Source of the DNA: an uncultured Verrucomicrobiae bacterium | Lineage (GTDB): Bacteria; Verrucomicrobiota; Verrucomicrobiia; Limisphaerales; Palsa-1400 | Length of the DNA: 64,000 nucleotides | NCBI GenBank assembly: GCA_963764165.1 | Contig: CAVXRD010000003.1 | Span: forward strand, 480,001-544,000 | Reading direction: 5' to 3' | Shown: one piece after another, positions 9,449 through 19,758 of the stretch | Layout of the letters: each line of letters begins with the position of its first letter | Numbering within the stretch: position 1 is the first letter of the stretch | Position numbers and translations under genes: made by a program | Notes under the pieces: generated by a model | The model's input: the letters and a program-made list of their open reading frames with translations, nothing else | Database searches by the model: none | Told to the model about the DNA's origin: nothing

Positions 9449-11598
9449 ATGGCTGCGGCATCGAATCGGATTACGAATTTTGCGGGCCTGGTGCCGCCGC
9501 CGGAGGCATATGAGCGTCCGCGCGCCTCCGTCCTTTACCGTGTCTGGCTGATCCCGGCGACGCTCATGATGCTCGCGCTGCCAGTTGTCTACGGCGCACT
9601 CGTTATCGGCGCTGGCTTGATGGTTTATTACCACGCCACACACAATTTTTCCGCGATTATGTCGTGGTCCGACGGATCCCACTCCCTGGGATTATGGATG
9701 ATCGAAATGGTGGCTTACCTTGCTCCGCTTTTCGCGGGGTGTGTCATTCTATTTCTCATGCTGAAGCCGTTTTTCGCCCGCGGACCGAAGCATCACCCTT
9801 ACTCGCTGAATCCGGCGGTTGAACATGAACTTTACGCGTTCGTCGCCAAAATCTGCCAAACGGTTGGCGCCCCAATTCCTGAACGCATCGATCTGGATTG
9901 CGACCTGAACGCCTCGGCGTCGTTCCGCCGGGGCCTGAGAAGTTTTTTCGCAATGACCTGGTTCTCACAATTGGGCTTCCCTTGATGGGAACACTGACGG
10001 TGGAAGAGTTTGCCGGCGTGCTGGCGCATGAGTTTGGACATTTCACGCAAGGCGCGGCCATGCGCCTTAGTTACCTTGTTCGATTCGTGAATTCCTGGCT
10101 CGCGCGGGTGGTTTACACCTACGACAGTTGGGACTACCTGCTGGACGAAATGACGCATAATTCGGGGCATTGGGTGGTCTTCCTGATTGTGTTCACTGCG
10201 AAAATGGGAGTCACGCTGTCGCGCGGAATTTTGTGGGTGTTCATGATGCTCGCCCTGGCGGTCAGTGGCTCGCTGTCGCGCCAGATGGAATTCAATGCGG
10301 ACGCGTATGAAATTAATTTGGCTGGCAGCGAAACGAGTGAACGCACCACGAGAAAAATCTGCCTTCTAAACCACTCTCTCGAACAAACTCGGAAGGACAT
10401 GGTCCGGATGTTTCGGTCCCAACGCACCCTGCCGGATAACGTTTCGAAATACCTGCTGCTAACAATGGAGAACATGCCGGCGAAGATTCGCAACAAGATC
10501 GACAGTCAGCTTGGACTGGTCAAGACGCCCTGGTATGCAAGTCATCCTTGCGACGCCGATCGCATCCGGCAAGCGCGGCGAGCCCAGCGCCCTCCCCTCC
10601 TGTCATGCGCCGAACCCGCCAGCTCGCTCTTCACCAATTTTGAGATTCCGGCCCGCGCTGTCACGCTGTTTTGGTACCATGATTTGCGCATTCCCATCGC
10701 GCCGGAGCAGCTCACGGCCTTTCGCGATGAAGAAAAGGAACAAGCCGAGCGAAGCGAGAACGCCGCGGAAACTCTGGCCCGTTATTTTTGCGGCGCAGTC
10801 CCGATGATGCATCCCGTGGCCATTCCTTTCCAGGCGATTGCCACCGACGAAATCGAAGCCGTGCGCGAAAATATGCGAACGTTCCGGGGCCGAATCGACC
10901 TGGTTAGACCACAAGTCGAAACCGCCGTGGCGAATTACACCTCCGCCGACGCACGCGCGCTGCAAATGGTAGCGGCCAAGAGCGCACTCGCCTGCTCCGC
11001 CACGATCGACGCTGCGCAGTTTGAATTGCCGGAGGCTTCGGCCGACGCGGTCGAACACGCGGAGCGGGAAGCAATTCAAACGAAAACGGAAATTGCGCAT
11101 TCCATGCGAGTGGTGACGGATTCTTTGCGGAACCATCTTGTGACCGCGCTAGCCCTCCTGCGGCTGCCCGCTGAATCGCAATGGCTCACCGAAACCGCCG
11201 AGCGAATCGAAGCAGCGCGCCCGCATCTTGATCTTGTCAACCAGATGGCACTGGTATGGCCGCTGCTGATGGAATGCCGCAATGAGCATGCGGTGCTGGC
11301 GGCGCTATGCGGACTGTCGCGCAATCTGGCCGCGCAGCGTCCGTTGGGCGCCAGTTCGCGCCGGTTGGAAACATTGATGGGGCAGCTTCGCAATGCAACC
11401 ATTGCGATGGCAAATCCTTTCGAGAGAAAGAAAGGCGCGCGTTGCATCTTCGATCAGCTCGCGCAGGAAAGCCCCGGCTCGGCCACGAAGGAAATTGAGG
11501 CGCGGGCGCAAATCGTGGTGCGGGGATTTATTTTGATTTACGAGCACAGCCTCGCGGAACTGGCGAAAATCGGGATGCAGATCGAGGCGGAATGTTGA
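9449..11598 (+). pseudogene. M48 (HtpX/Ste24-like) membrane zinc metallopeptidase with long helical C-terminus, split by a 1-bp frameshift (possibly an assembly error)
   Basis: ORFs 9428-9985 and 9898-11598 join at the T6 run 9943-9948; adding one T gives ...SFFRNDLVLTIGLPL...LAHEFGHF...EFNAD...SHP. Confidence 0.8.
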
Positions 11599-11761
11599 TG
11601 GGGCTGGGAAGGACTTAATCTGGAACGACCGAACTCAGGAAAAGAGGCCGCATGCAGTTTCACGCGCGCGTCAAGTCGCTTCCAAGGCAATGCGCCCAAT
11701 TCAATGGAAATTTTCCCGGCTGCGCGTTAATATCAGGATTTCATGCCCTTATTGTTGACTC

Positions 11762-13606
11762 ATGTCTGACCGCGTGCTGCTCATTGAATGGGACGCGGCT
11801 GATTGGAAAGTGCTGCATCCGCTCATCGACGACGGCAAACTGCCGGCACTCGGACGCATTGTGGACGAGGGAATATCCGGGCAGTTGTCGGGCACGCAGC
11901 CTTTCATCGCGGCGAACTCGTGCGCCTCCATTCTTACCGGCAAACGCGGATGGCAACATGGCATTTGTCATTCACTTGAATTCTCGCCCGCGACACAAAA
12001 GGCCGTTCCTATCTCCGCCGCGAGCCGAAAGGCGGCCACGCTTTGGGAAATGCTTTCGCGTGAAGGCAAACGATCCGTGGCCGTTGGCTGGCCGGCCTCG
12101 CAACACGATCGGACGGCAAATTGCGACATCGTTTCTGATCGTTATCCAGAACCCACTGCACCGCCGGGTGTTTCCCCATGGCCTCCAGCGGCGGCCGGAA
12201 CGTATTGGCCGGAGGAGTTGCGTGCTTTTCTTGACGCGAAACGCGCCAGTCCCGAGCACATCGGGCCGGAGGTCATTTCGCGGCACATTCCATCCTGGCA
12301 AAACGTGGATCGGAAGCGCGATCCGCGCGTCGGGCATTTGCGCGTTTTTTTGGCGGCGGATTATTCGATTCAGAATGCGGCGCTGGAGCTGTTAAGAAGC
12401 AAACCGTGGGATTTTGCCGCGATTCGCTTCCCGGCGCTCGGTTTGATTAGCCGGATGTTCGTGCGTTATTCCGTTGCGGCGCAGAATGGAGCTAACGATC
12501 CGGAAACAGAGACTTATAAAAGTGTCGTTCCATTCGCTTGCCATATGCTGGATCACATGCTCGGGCAGCTCATCTCATGCGCGGGCCCCGGGGCGGCGGT
12601 CATCATAGCTTCCGGGCACGGCGTGAGGACGCAGAGCATTCCCGCCGCTGGTTTCCCCGCCAGCGACGATCAAATTTGGAAATCGCCATTTGGAATTTTT
12701 GCGGCCAGCGGTCCGGCCCTGGCCCGCGATGCGCTGATCCACGGCGCGCGCGTGCTTGACATTGCGCCGACCATCTTGTGCTTGTTCGGCCTGCCCATCG
12801 GCGACGACATGGAAGGCCGCGTGCTCGTCGAGGGTTTTGTTGAGACGCCGAAAATTGGCCACATCCCGACATGGCAATCCGCCAAGGCTGAGCCAATCGC
12901 CGCTCCGAAGACCGCATCGGAAAATTCCGCCGCGAGCACAATTCAATTTCAATCGGATTGGAACCTCGCGAGGTCAGGCCTCGATGCCGGTCGATTCGCC
13001 GAAATGCTGCCGGTTTTGACCGGTCTCTTTCGGCAATTTCCCGAACGCGCAGAAATCGCCGATGCCTTGTTCCAATGCCAGATTGCGCTGCGCAAACCCG
13101 ACGACGCCCAGCAAACGCTCGAGGTGTTGCTCGAAGCAATTCCGGCCGGCGCCCCAAATCTCCTGGCCCGGGCGGAGCTTGCTCTGGCTCGCCGCGATTT
13201 CAATGCGGCACGGGCATTGGCGTCGGAACTCAAGCGGCACAAGTTTTCGAATCCTGCGATGCTGAGGAAATTTGGATTTCTGCTGCTGCGTCTTCGCGAA
13301 TGGAACGCATTGGTGGAGGTCGCCCACCGCGCGCTGGCCGCGGATCAAAATGACTCGACGGCATGGCTCGGCCTGGCTGTGGGCCAGCTGCGCGCGGGCC
13401 GCGCAGCCGAGGCAGAAGAGGCGGCCAAACGCGCCTTCCAACTGAATTTTTTCCTGCCAGACGCGCACTTCATTTACGCGCGGGCGCTTTTAACGCAGGG
13501 CCGTTGGAGCGAGGCGCGCCAGGCGATGCAAACCCTGCTCGCGATCCAGCCCGACAACCGCACGGCGACAAGCTATTTCCGCCGCATGGAGAACAATTCC
13601 CCATAA
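11762..13606 (+). CDS. Alkaline-phosphatase-superfamily (phosphodiesterase/NPP-like) domain plus TPR repeats
   Basis: VLLIEWDAADW, TG...HGI and DIAPTILCLFGLP...MEGRVL motifs; C-terminal TPR-like helices. Confidence 0.8.
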   Translation: MSDRVLLIEWDAADWKVLHPLIDDGKLPALGRIVDEGISGQLSGTQPFIAANSCASILTGKRGWQHGICHSLEFSPATQKAVPISAASRKAATLWEMLSREGKRSVAVGWPASQHDRTANCDIVSDRYPEPTAPPGVSPWPPAAAGTYWPEELRAFLDAKRASPEHIGPEVISRHIPSWQNVDRKRDPRVGHLRVFLAADYSIQNAALELLRSKPWDFAAIRFPALGLISRMFVRYSVAAQNGANDPETETYKSVVPFACHMLDHMLGQLISCAGPGAAVIIASGHGVRTQSIPAAGFPASDDQIWKSPFGIFAASGPALARDALIHGARVLDIAPTILCLFGLPIGDDMEGRVLVEGFVETPKIGHIPTWQSAKAEPIAAPKTASENSAASTIQFQSDWNLARSGLDAGRFAEMLPVLTGLFRQFPERAEIADALFQCQIALRKPDDAQQTLEVLLEAIPAGAPNLLARAELALARRDFNAARALASELKRHKFSNPAMLRKFGFLLLRLREWNALVEVAHRALAADQNDSTAWLGLAVGQLRAGRAAEAEEAAKRAFQLNFFLPDAHFIYARALLTQGRWSEARQAMQTLLAIQPDNRTATSYFRRMENNSP

Positions 13607-13682
13607 GCATTGAATGCCGGTTGGGCCGGGCGCCTGCCCCACCGGCGCATCTCGCTTTTTGGACAGGCCCCGTTGGTCTTTC

Positions 13683-13843
13683 AGCTCCGTTGGGAGCGCA
13701 ATATTGGCAGATCGACACATACAATAGAAAACGAGCTCCGCGGGAGCGGCACATTCCAAATGACCGCATCGGATGGGTCGCCTCTGCGAGGCTTTGATTT
13801 CAGAGGAACGACAACGACAAAGATGTCACGCCTCTGGCGCCGC
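13683..13843. repeat. Degenerate REP-like palindromic unit cluster
   Basis: AGCTCCGTTGGGAGCG and AGCTCCGCGGGAGCG hairpin units followed by two degenerate inverted units; intergenic. Confidence 0.4.
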
Positions 13844-13942
13844 TAAAAATGGGATGCGCCCCTCATTTCGGGCATCCGCCTTTCCTTGTTGTAATCCGAG
13901 TATCGCTGGCTATCCTGTCCGTTCTTTTACGCTGAAGCCTTT

Positions 13943-14734
13943 ATGAAAGTGGTCATTCTTTGTGGCGGCAAGGGCACGCGCTTGCGCGAGGAAACGGAAT
14001 ATCGCCCGAAACCGATGGTTCCCATCGGCAACCGCCCCATTTTGTGGCACATCATGAAGATTTACGCCGCCGCCGGGTTCAATGAATTCGTGCTTTGCCT
14101 CGGCTACAAGGGCGAGATCATCAAGGATTTCTTCCGCAATTACCTCTGGATGACCAGCCATGTCACCCTCCGCCTGGGCATCGACGACAACGTCAAATTC
14201 CACAATCATCACGACGAGGAAAATTGGACGGTCACCCTCGCCGACACCGGCGAGGAGACGCTGACGGCGGGACGCATCAAGCGCATCAAGCAATTTATCG
14301 GCGATGACCAGGAATTTTTCCTCACTTATGGCGATGGCGTTGGGAATGTGGATATTGCGGCGGCGCTGGCGTTTCATCGGAAGCACGGGAAGAAATTGAC
14401 GGTGACGGCGGTGCGGCCGCCGGGGCGTTTTGGCGAATTGGGCATCGCGCCGGGCGGCGCGGTGCGGGAATTCAACGAGAAACCGCAAGCCGCCGAGGGC
14501 CGCATCAACGGCGGATTCTTCGTCGCGTCGCGGGCGATTTTCGACTATCTTGATGACGCGGCGGATCAAACGATGTTCGAGCAGAAGCCAGTTCAAACAA
14601 TAGCGCGGGAAGGCGAATTAATGGCCTTTCCTCACGACGGTTTCTGGCAGCCGATGGATACTTTTTCGGAATATACCCTTTTGAACCGATTGTGGGCGGA
14701 GGGCAAGGCGCCCTGGAAGACCTGGAAAACATGA
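13943..14734 (+). CDS. rfbF: Glucose-1-phosphate cytidylyltransferase
   Basis: ILCGGKGTRLREETEYRPKPM, LTYGDG, INGGFF, GFWQPMDT, APWK; first gene of rfbFGH. Confidence 0.93.
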   Translation: MKVVILCGGKGTRLREETEYRPKPMVPIGNRPILWHIMKIYAAAGFNEFVLCLGYKGEIIKDFFRNYLWMTSHVTLRLGIDDNVKFHNHHDEENWTVTLADTGEETLTAGRIKRIKQFIGDDQEFFLTYGDGVGNVDIAAALAFHRKHGKKLTVTAVRPPGRFGELGIAPGGAVREFNEKPQAAEGRINGGFFVASRAIFDYLDDAADQTMFEQKPVQTIAREGELMAFPHDGFWQPMDTFSEYTLLNRLWAEGKAPWKTWKT

Positions 14735-15858
14735 AGCTGTTCGGTTCGGCCTACAATGGCAAACGGGTGCTCGTCACCGGCCACACGGGTTTCAAGGGGG
14801 CGTGGCTGTCGGAATGGCTGCTGGGTCTCGGCGCGGATGTCACGGGACTGAGTTTGCCGCCCACGACGGAGCCTTCGCTTTTTGCCGAACTCGGGCTGGG
14901 CCGCCGGGTGCGCCAGGTCATCGGGGATATTCAAGATGCCAAGCTGGTGCGCAAAGTGGTCAAGGAGGCGAAGCCTGACTTTGTATTTCATCTCGCGGCA
15001 CAAGCGCTGGTGCGCGAGTCTTATCGAATTCCAGCCGAGACTTTCAACGTCAATGGGATGGGAACACTTCACGTTCTGGAAGCATTGCGCGAAGTTCAGA
15101 GACCGGCCGCCGCGGTTTTCGTTACGACTGATAAGTGCTACGAAAATCGCGAATGGCACCACGGTTATCGCGAAACAGATCCGCTGGGCGGGCGAGATCC
15201 TTACAGCGCGAGCAAGGCGGTGGCGGAATTGATCATCGCCTCCTACCGCAGTTCGTTTTTCCAAAACCACCCCGTGCGGATTGCCAGCTGCCGCGCTGGA
15301 AACGTCATCGGTGGCGGCGATTGGGCATTGGACCGAATCATTCCCGATTCCATTGCAGCCTTGCAAAAGAAGAAACCAATTTTGGTTCGCAACAAACGCG
15401 CGACCCGCCCGTGGCAGCATGTGCTGGAACCGTTGAGCGGTTATTTGTGGCTTGGCGCGTGTCTGGCCAATCCCGCGTTGAGCCGCACGGAATTGCCCGC
15501 GCTGACTTCCGCTTTCAATTTCGGGCCAAACCGGGACGCAAATCGAACGGTCGAAGATTTGGTGGAAGAAGTCCTGCGCCACTGGCCCGGCCGCTGGCAG
15601 GATAACACGCAAAAAAATGCGCCGCACGAAGCCGGGATGCTCCAGCTTTCGACCGACAAAGCCGCCGCGCTCCTGCAATGGTTCCCGGTTTGGTCGTTCC
15701 GCGAAGCCGTGACACACACGGTGGAATGGTATCGCGAAGCCGAATCGTTTCAGAAGGCGAAGGAATTTCAGAAGCTTACCTGCACGCAAATCGCCCATTA
15801 CATCGACCGCGCCCGCGACGCCCGGCTGGCCTGGGTCGAACCGTCCGCCACTCCATGA
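14731..15858 (+). CDS. rfbG: CDP-glucose 4,6-dehydratase
   Basis: VLVTGHTGFKGAWL, HLAAQALVRESY, TTDKCY, DPYSASK, RAGNVIGGGDW, RPWQHVLEPL. Confidence 0.95.
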   Translation: MKLFGSAYNGKRVLVTGHTGFKGAWLSEWLLGLGADVTGLSLPPTTEPSLFAELGLGRRVRQVIGDIQDAKLVRKVVKEAKPDFVFHLAAQALVRESYRIPAETFNVNGMGTLHVLEALREVQRPAAAVFVTTDKCYENREWHHGYRETDPLGGRDPYSASKAVAELIIASYRSSFFQNHPVRIASCRAGNVIGGGDWALDRIIPDSIAALQKKKPILVRNKRATRPWQHVLEPLSGYLWLGACLANPALSRTELPALTSAFNFGPNRDANRTVEDLVEEVLRHWPGRWQDNTQKNAPHEAGMLQLSTDKAAALLQWFPVWSFREAVTHTVEWYREAESFQKAKEFQKLTCTQIAHYIDRARDARLAWVEPSATP

Positions 15859-17270
15859 ATTCACCAGAAGAAATCCGCCAGGAAATTCTCCGGCTCACGC
15901 GCGAGTATTCCCGCCTGACGCATCAAGCCAATTTGCCCGGTTACGGCGAATTCCCTGCCCGCCCGTTCACCGCCGGCCAGACAACCGTTCCTTACGCCGG
16001 GCGCGTCTTCGACGATAACGAAGTCGCGGCGGCGGTCGGCTCAACGCTGGATTTCTGGCTGACGCTGGGGAAAGAAGGCGAAGCGTTCGAGGAGGGTTTG
16101 GCGAAATTCCTCGGCGTCAAGAAGAGCATTTTGTGCAACTCCGGCTCGTCGGCGAATCTGCTGGCGGTCTCATCGCTTTCCAGTCCGAAGCTCGGCGCGC
16201 GCCGGGTCAAGCCGGGCGATGAAGTCATCACCGTCGCCGCCGGTTTTCCGACGACTGTAGCGCCGATTTTGCAAAACGGCTTCGTGCCCGTTTTTATTGA
16301 CAACGACCCGGCCACGCTCAACGGCAAGGTCGATCAATTGGAAGCGGCATTTTCGCCCGGAAAAACCAAGGCGGTCATCATGGCCCACACGCTGGGCAAT
16401 CCGTTTGATCTTTCGGCGGTCACGGAATTTTGCAAGAAGCATGAACTGTGGCTGATCGAGGATAATTGCGACGCGCTCGGCTGCACTTATGACGGGAAGC
16501 TCACAGGAACGTTTGGCGATTTATCGACGCAATCGTTTTACCCGCCGCATCACCTGACGCTGGGCGAAGGCGGCGCGGTGAGTGTGCAGAGCCTGAAATT
16601 CAAATCGATCGTGGAAAGTTTTCGCGATTGGGGCCGCGATTGCTGGTGCGCCAGCGGCATGGACAACACCTGCGGCAAACGCTACGACTGGCAGCTCGGC
16701 GAATTGCCCAAGGGCTACGATCACAAATATATTTACTCGCACCTTGGCTACAACTTGAAGCCACTCGATCCGCAGGCGGCCATCGGCCGCGCGCAATTGG
16801 AGAAGCTCCCGCACTTCGTCCAGGCGCGCATTGATAATTGGGATTATCTGCGCCGCGGCTTGCGCGATTGCGAAGCGTATTTCGATTTCATGCTCCCGAC
16901 CCACGCCACCTCGTGGACGCCGGAGGGTTTCACTTGGGATGATTCCGGGCATCGCACGGTTTGCTCGTGGTTTGGTTTCATGCTGCGCGTCAAGCCGGGC
17001 GGGCCATTTTCGAAGGTCGCCTTCGCCCGGCACCTTGACAACAATAAAATTGGCAATCGAATGCTCTTCGGCGGCAATTTGCTCCGGCAGCCCGTCATGG
17101 TGCAATTGAAAAAGGATCGTCCGGAATCCTTCCGTGTGGTCGGAGAAATGACAGGCGCGGACAAGATCATGAACGAGGTCGTCTTCATCGGCACTTACCC
17201 CGGCCTGACCAAGCCGATGCTCGATTACGTCATCGAGATCATCCAGAATTTTTGCCGCAGCAAAGGCTGA
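15855..17270 (+). CDS. rfbH: CDP-4-keto-6-deoxyglucose 3-dehydratase (E1, DdhC/RfbH)
   Basis: NSGSSANL, EDNCDALG; SFYPPHH has His in place of the PLP Lys; RDCWC...NTC Fe-S cysteines; GYDHKY. Confidence 0.93.
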   Translation: MNSPEEIRQEILRLTREYSRLTHQANLPGYGEFPARPFTAGQTTVPYAGRVFDDNEVAAAVGSTLDFWLTLGKEGEAFEEGLAKFLGVKKSILCNSGSSANLLAVSSLSSPKLGARRVKPGDEVITVAAGFPTTVAPILQNGFVPVFIDNDPATLNGKVDQLEAAFSPGKTKAVIMAHTLGNPFDLSAVTEFCKKHELWLIEDNCDALGCTYDGKLTGTFGDLSTQSFYPPHHLTLGEGGAVSVQSLKFKSIVESFRDWGRDCWCASGMDNTCGKRYDWQLGELPKGYDHKYIYSHLGYNLKPLDPQAAIGRAQLEKLPHFVQARIDNWDYLRRGLRDCEAYFDFMLPTHATSWTPEGFTWDDSGHRTVCSWFGFMLRVKPGGPFSKVAFARHLDNNKIGNRMLFGGNLLRQPVMVQLKKDRPESFRVVGEMTGADKIMNEVVFIGTYPGLTKPMLDYVIEIIQNFCRSKG

Positions 17271-17272
17271 CC

Positions 17273-18325
17273 ATGCCGGACAATCCCCTCGCCGCCGACC
17301 TTGACGAAATTCTAGAACGGCTGCGCCCGATTGCCGGCGAGTTGAAAGGCGCGCGCATTTTCATCACCGGCGGCACCGGTTTCTTCGGCTGCTGGCTGCT
17401 GGAAAGTTTCGCGTGGATGAATGACCGGCTGGATCTGGGCGCGGCGTCATTAGTATTGACACGAAATCTGGAGGCATTCCAAAAGAAAGCGCCGCATCTC
17501 GCCGATCGCTCTGATATTCAGTTTCACGCGGGCGACGTGCGGAATTTCGATTTCCCGAACCAGAAATTCTCCCACCTCATCCATGCCGCGACGGAAGCCA
17601 GCGCGCAGCTTAACGACAACCATCCCGAGATCATGCTGGACGCCATTGTGCAAGGCACGCGGCACGCGCTGGATTTTGCGAAAGCGGGCGGCGTGAAGCA
17701 TTTCTTGTTGACAAGTTCGGGCGCTGTCTACGGCCCGCAGCCGTCCGAGTTGACACACATTCCCGAGGAATTCAACGGCGGCCCGGACGTGACCCGTTTC
17801 CAATCCGCTTACGCCGAGGGAAAACGGATGAGCGAATTGCTATGCGCCATTCAGGCGCGCCAAACCGGCTTGGAGGTAAAAATCGCGCGGTGCTTCGCCT
17901 TCGTCGGCCCGCACCTTCCGCTTGATGCGCATTTCGCCATTGGCAATTTTATACGTGACGCCATGAAGGGCGGCCCAATCAAGGTGAACGGCGACGGCAC
18001 GCCGTTTCGTTCGTATCTTTACGCGGGAGATTTGATGGTGTGGCTGTGGACGATTCTCATCCGCGGCGCGAGCAACCGACCTTACAATGTCGGGTCGCCA
18101 CGCAACCTCACCATCATCGAACTCGCCGAAATCGTCGGGAAATCGCTGGCACGCGACGTGAAAGTCGAGGTCGCGCGGAAACCAGTGCCAGGCCAGCCGC
18201 CGGCCCGCTACGTTCCCGCCACAACCCGAGCCGAAACAGAATTAGAGCTGGCCGAATGGACATCCTTGCCGGAAGGCATCCGCCGCACCGCCCGCTGGCA
18301 TCAAACGCAATCAGTGGTTCATTGA
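17273..18325 (+). CDS. NAD-dependent epimerase/dehydratase/reductase (extended SDR)
   Basis: ITGGTGFFG, SSGAVYG and YAEGK (YxxxK) motifs. Confidence 0.88.
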   Translation: MPDNPLAADLDEILERLRPIAGELKGARIFITGGTGFFGCWLLESFAWMNDRLDLGAASLVLTRNLEAFQKKAPHLADRSDIQFHAGDVRNFDFPNQKFSHLIHAATEASAQLNDNHPEIMLDAIVQGTRHALDFAKAGGVKHFLLTSSGAVYGPQPSELTHIPEEFNGGPDVTRFQSAYAEGKRMSELLCAIQARQTGLEVKIARCFAFVGPHLPLDAHFAIGNFIRDAMKGGPIKVNGDGTPFRSYLYAGDLMVWLWTILIRGASNRPYNVGSPRNLTIIELAEIVGKSLARDVKVEVARKPVPGQPPARYVPATTRAETELELAEWTSLPEGIRRTARWHQTQSVVH

Positions 18326-18459
18326 CCAGGCAACACCCGATAGACTTGCTAATTCGATGACTTCATCGCCTAAACATTCATTAGCGTCAAGCATAATCGG
18401 GAAAACACCAAAATTTGCCAGAGGCACATCGACTTGGTGAACCATTCAGCCTTGACGCG

Positions 18460-19467
18460 TTATTCCCGGGGCGGCGGGAGCTTCCGGGGGAAAATGGAAA
18501 TCCAGACCTGCCGAAACACCCAGAATGGCAGTCGGACGACATTGATCGCATATTCATCCTCGCGAATAATGTTCCTGAGGGTGGCTAGGAAAAGTTTGGG
18601 ACTGCGCGATTTTATGGCTGCCACCCCATTAAGGAGCGCGCGGCAGGAACAGAAGAAAATGCTGTCGCGCTTGAACGTTTTCCATTCGTCGGCAAACATT
18701 TCCTGGACTGTTTTGTCGGCAAGAATTTGACGTGTCACCATATAGAAGACGCTCGTCTTAAATCCACCTACATGAAGGCTTGCCGTATGACCGACGGCTA
18801 CTAGCCGCCACGAAGTAAGCACTTCGTCTATGTAATAAAAATCCCACTTTGTCGCAATTTGCATGCAAAGCAAAAGATCGCCGGCAAAATCCGCCTCGAC
18901 CGGAAAGGGCCAGCCGAGCCTGAGCGCTTCCATTCGATACATGATGCCGCTGGGAACCGTGCATGGATAATCGCGTGTCAGAAAATCGCGCAGAATCTGT
19001 TTGCGCGGGACCAGGGCATCCCCCACGCGGTAGCGGTAGCGGTGGCTCATCGTGCGGAACAAATAGAACTTCGGAAAGATTCTCCGGTCGTCGGCATCGA
19101 TCAATTCCATCGGCGCCATCACGATGCCGGCAGTCGGATTTTTCTCAAACGCCGCCACGAACTTCTCCACCATGCGCGGCTTGGCCAGATCATCGTCCAT
19201 CAGCAAATAGACGTACTTTCCGCGCACCAGCGACACGGCGCGATTGCAACTGCCCGTGGCGCCAATGTTGCCTTCGTTCTTGAAATAGCGAATGCGCGGA
19301 TCCGTCCAAGTCGCCGCCATTTCCGCGGTGGCGTTGTTGGTGCTGTTGTCGGTGATGATGATTTCCCAATCCGAGAACGTTTGTTTTACGCACGACTCGA
19401 CGGCCCGCCGCAAGTATTCAGGGCGGTTGTAAGTGGGAATGCAGATGGAAACCAGCGGAGGGTTCAC
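18460..19467 (-). CDS. GT2-family glycosyltransferase
   Basis: VSICIPTYNR...QTFSDWEIIITDNS...LLMDDD; GTG start. Confidence 0.9.
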   Translation of the reverse strand: MNPPLVSICIPTYNRPEYLRRAVESCVKQTFSDWEIIITDNSTNNATAEMAATWTDPRIRYFKNEGNIGATGSCNRAVSLVRGKYVYLLMDDDLAKPRMVEKFVAAFEKNPTAGIVMAPMELIDADDRRIFPKFYLFRTMSHRYRYRVGDALVPRKQILRDFLTRDYPCTVPSGIMYRMEALRLGWPFPVEADFAGDLLLCMQIATKWDFYYIDEVLTSWRLVAVGHTASLHVGGFKTSVFYMVTRQILADKTVQEMFADEWKTFKRDSIFFCSCRALLNGVAAIKSRSPKLFLATLRNIIREDEYAINVVRLPFWVFRQVWISIFPRKLPPPRE

Positions 19468-19563
19468 GCCAGCTCGACGGGGCCGATTCGAAATTGTTTC
19501 ACGGCCATTGATGATGCGCGAGCGGCGAGGCGTGTTTCAAGGGCAAATGGGAATGGGCAACAA

Positions 19564-19666
19564 GGCAGGGACGCCTCGCCGAGGCGTCCGGACCGACGCG
19601 TAAAATTCTCGGGACGCTGGAATTTTGCAATCCTCACCCCGGACGCCTCGGCGAGGCGTCCCTACC
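19564..19666. repeat. REP doublet (REPIN-like) element, copy 1
   Basis: GGCAGGGACGCCTCGCCGAGGCGTCCGG ... CCGGACGCCTCGGCGAGGCGTCCCTACC: two inverted, internally palindromic units with G(T/C)AG ends. Confidence 0.85.
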
Positions 19667-19758
19667 TCGCTTCGCGACTCGAATCTCATTCAACTCAGGG
19701 CAAATAACCGTTGAACTTCGGCGCGTTCTGCGTTATCGAATCCATCCCTTACTTAATC

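Noticed and set aside
14632..15864. Long antisense or alternative-frame ORFs (also 3293-4222, 20050-20997, 22396-23211, 42484-43338, 51758-52693)
   Set aside because: They are shadow ORFs of well-supported genes in GC-rich DNA and carry no recognisable motifs.
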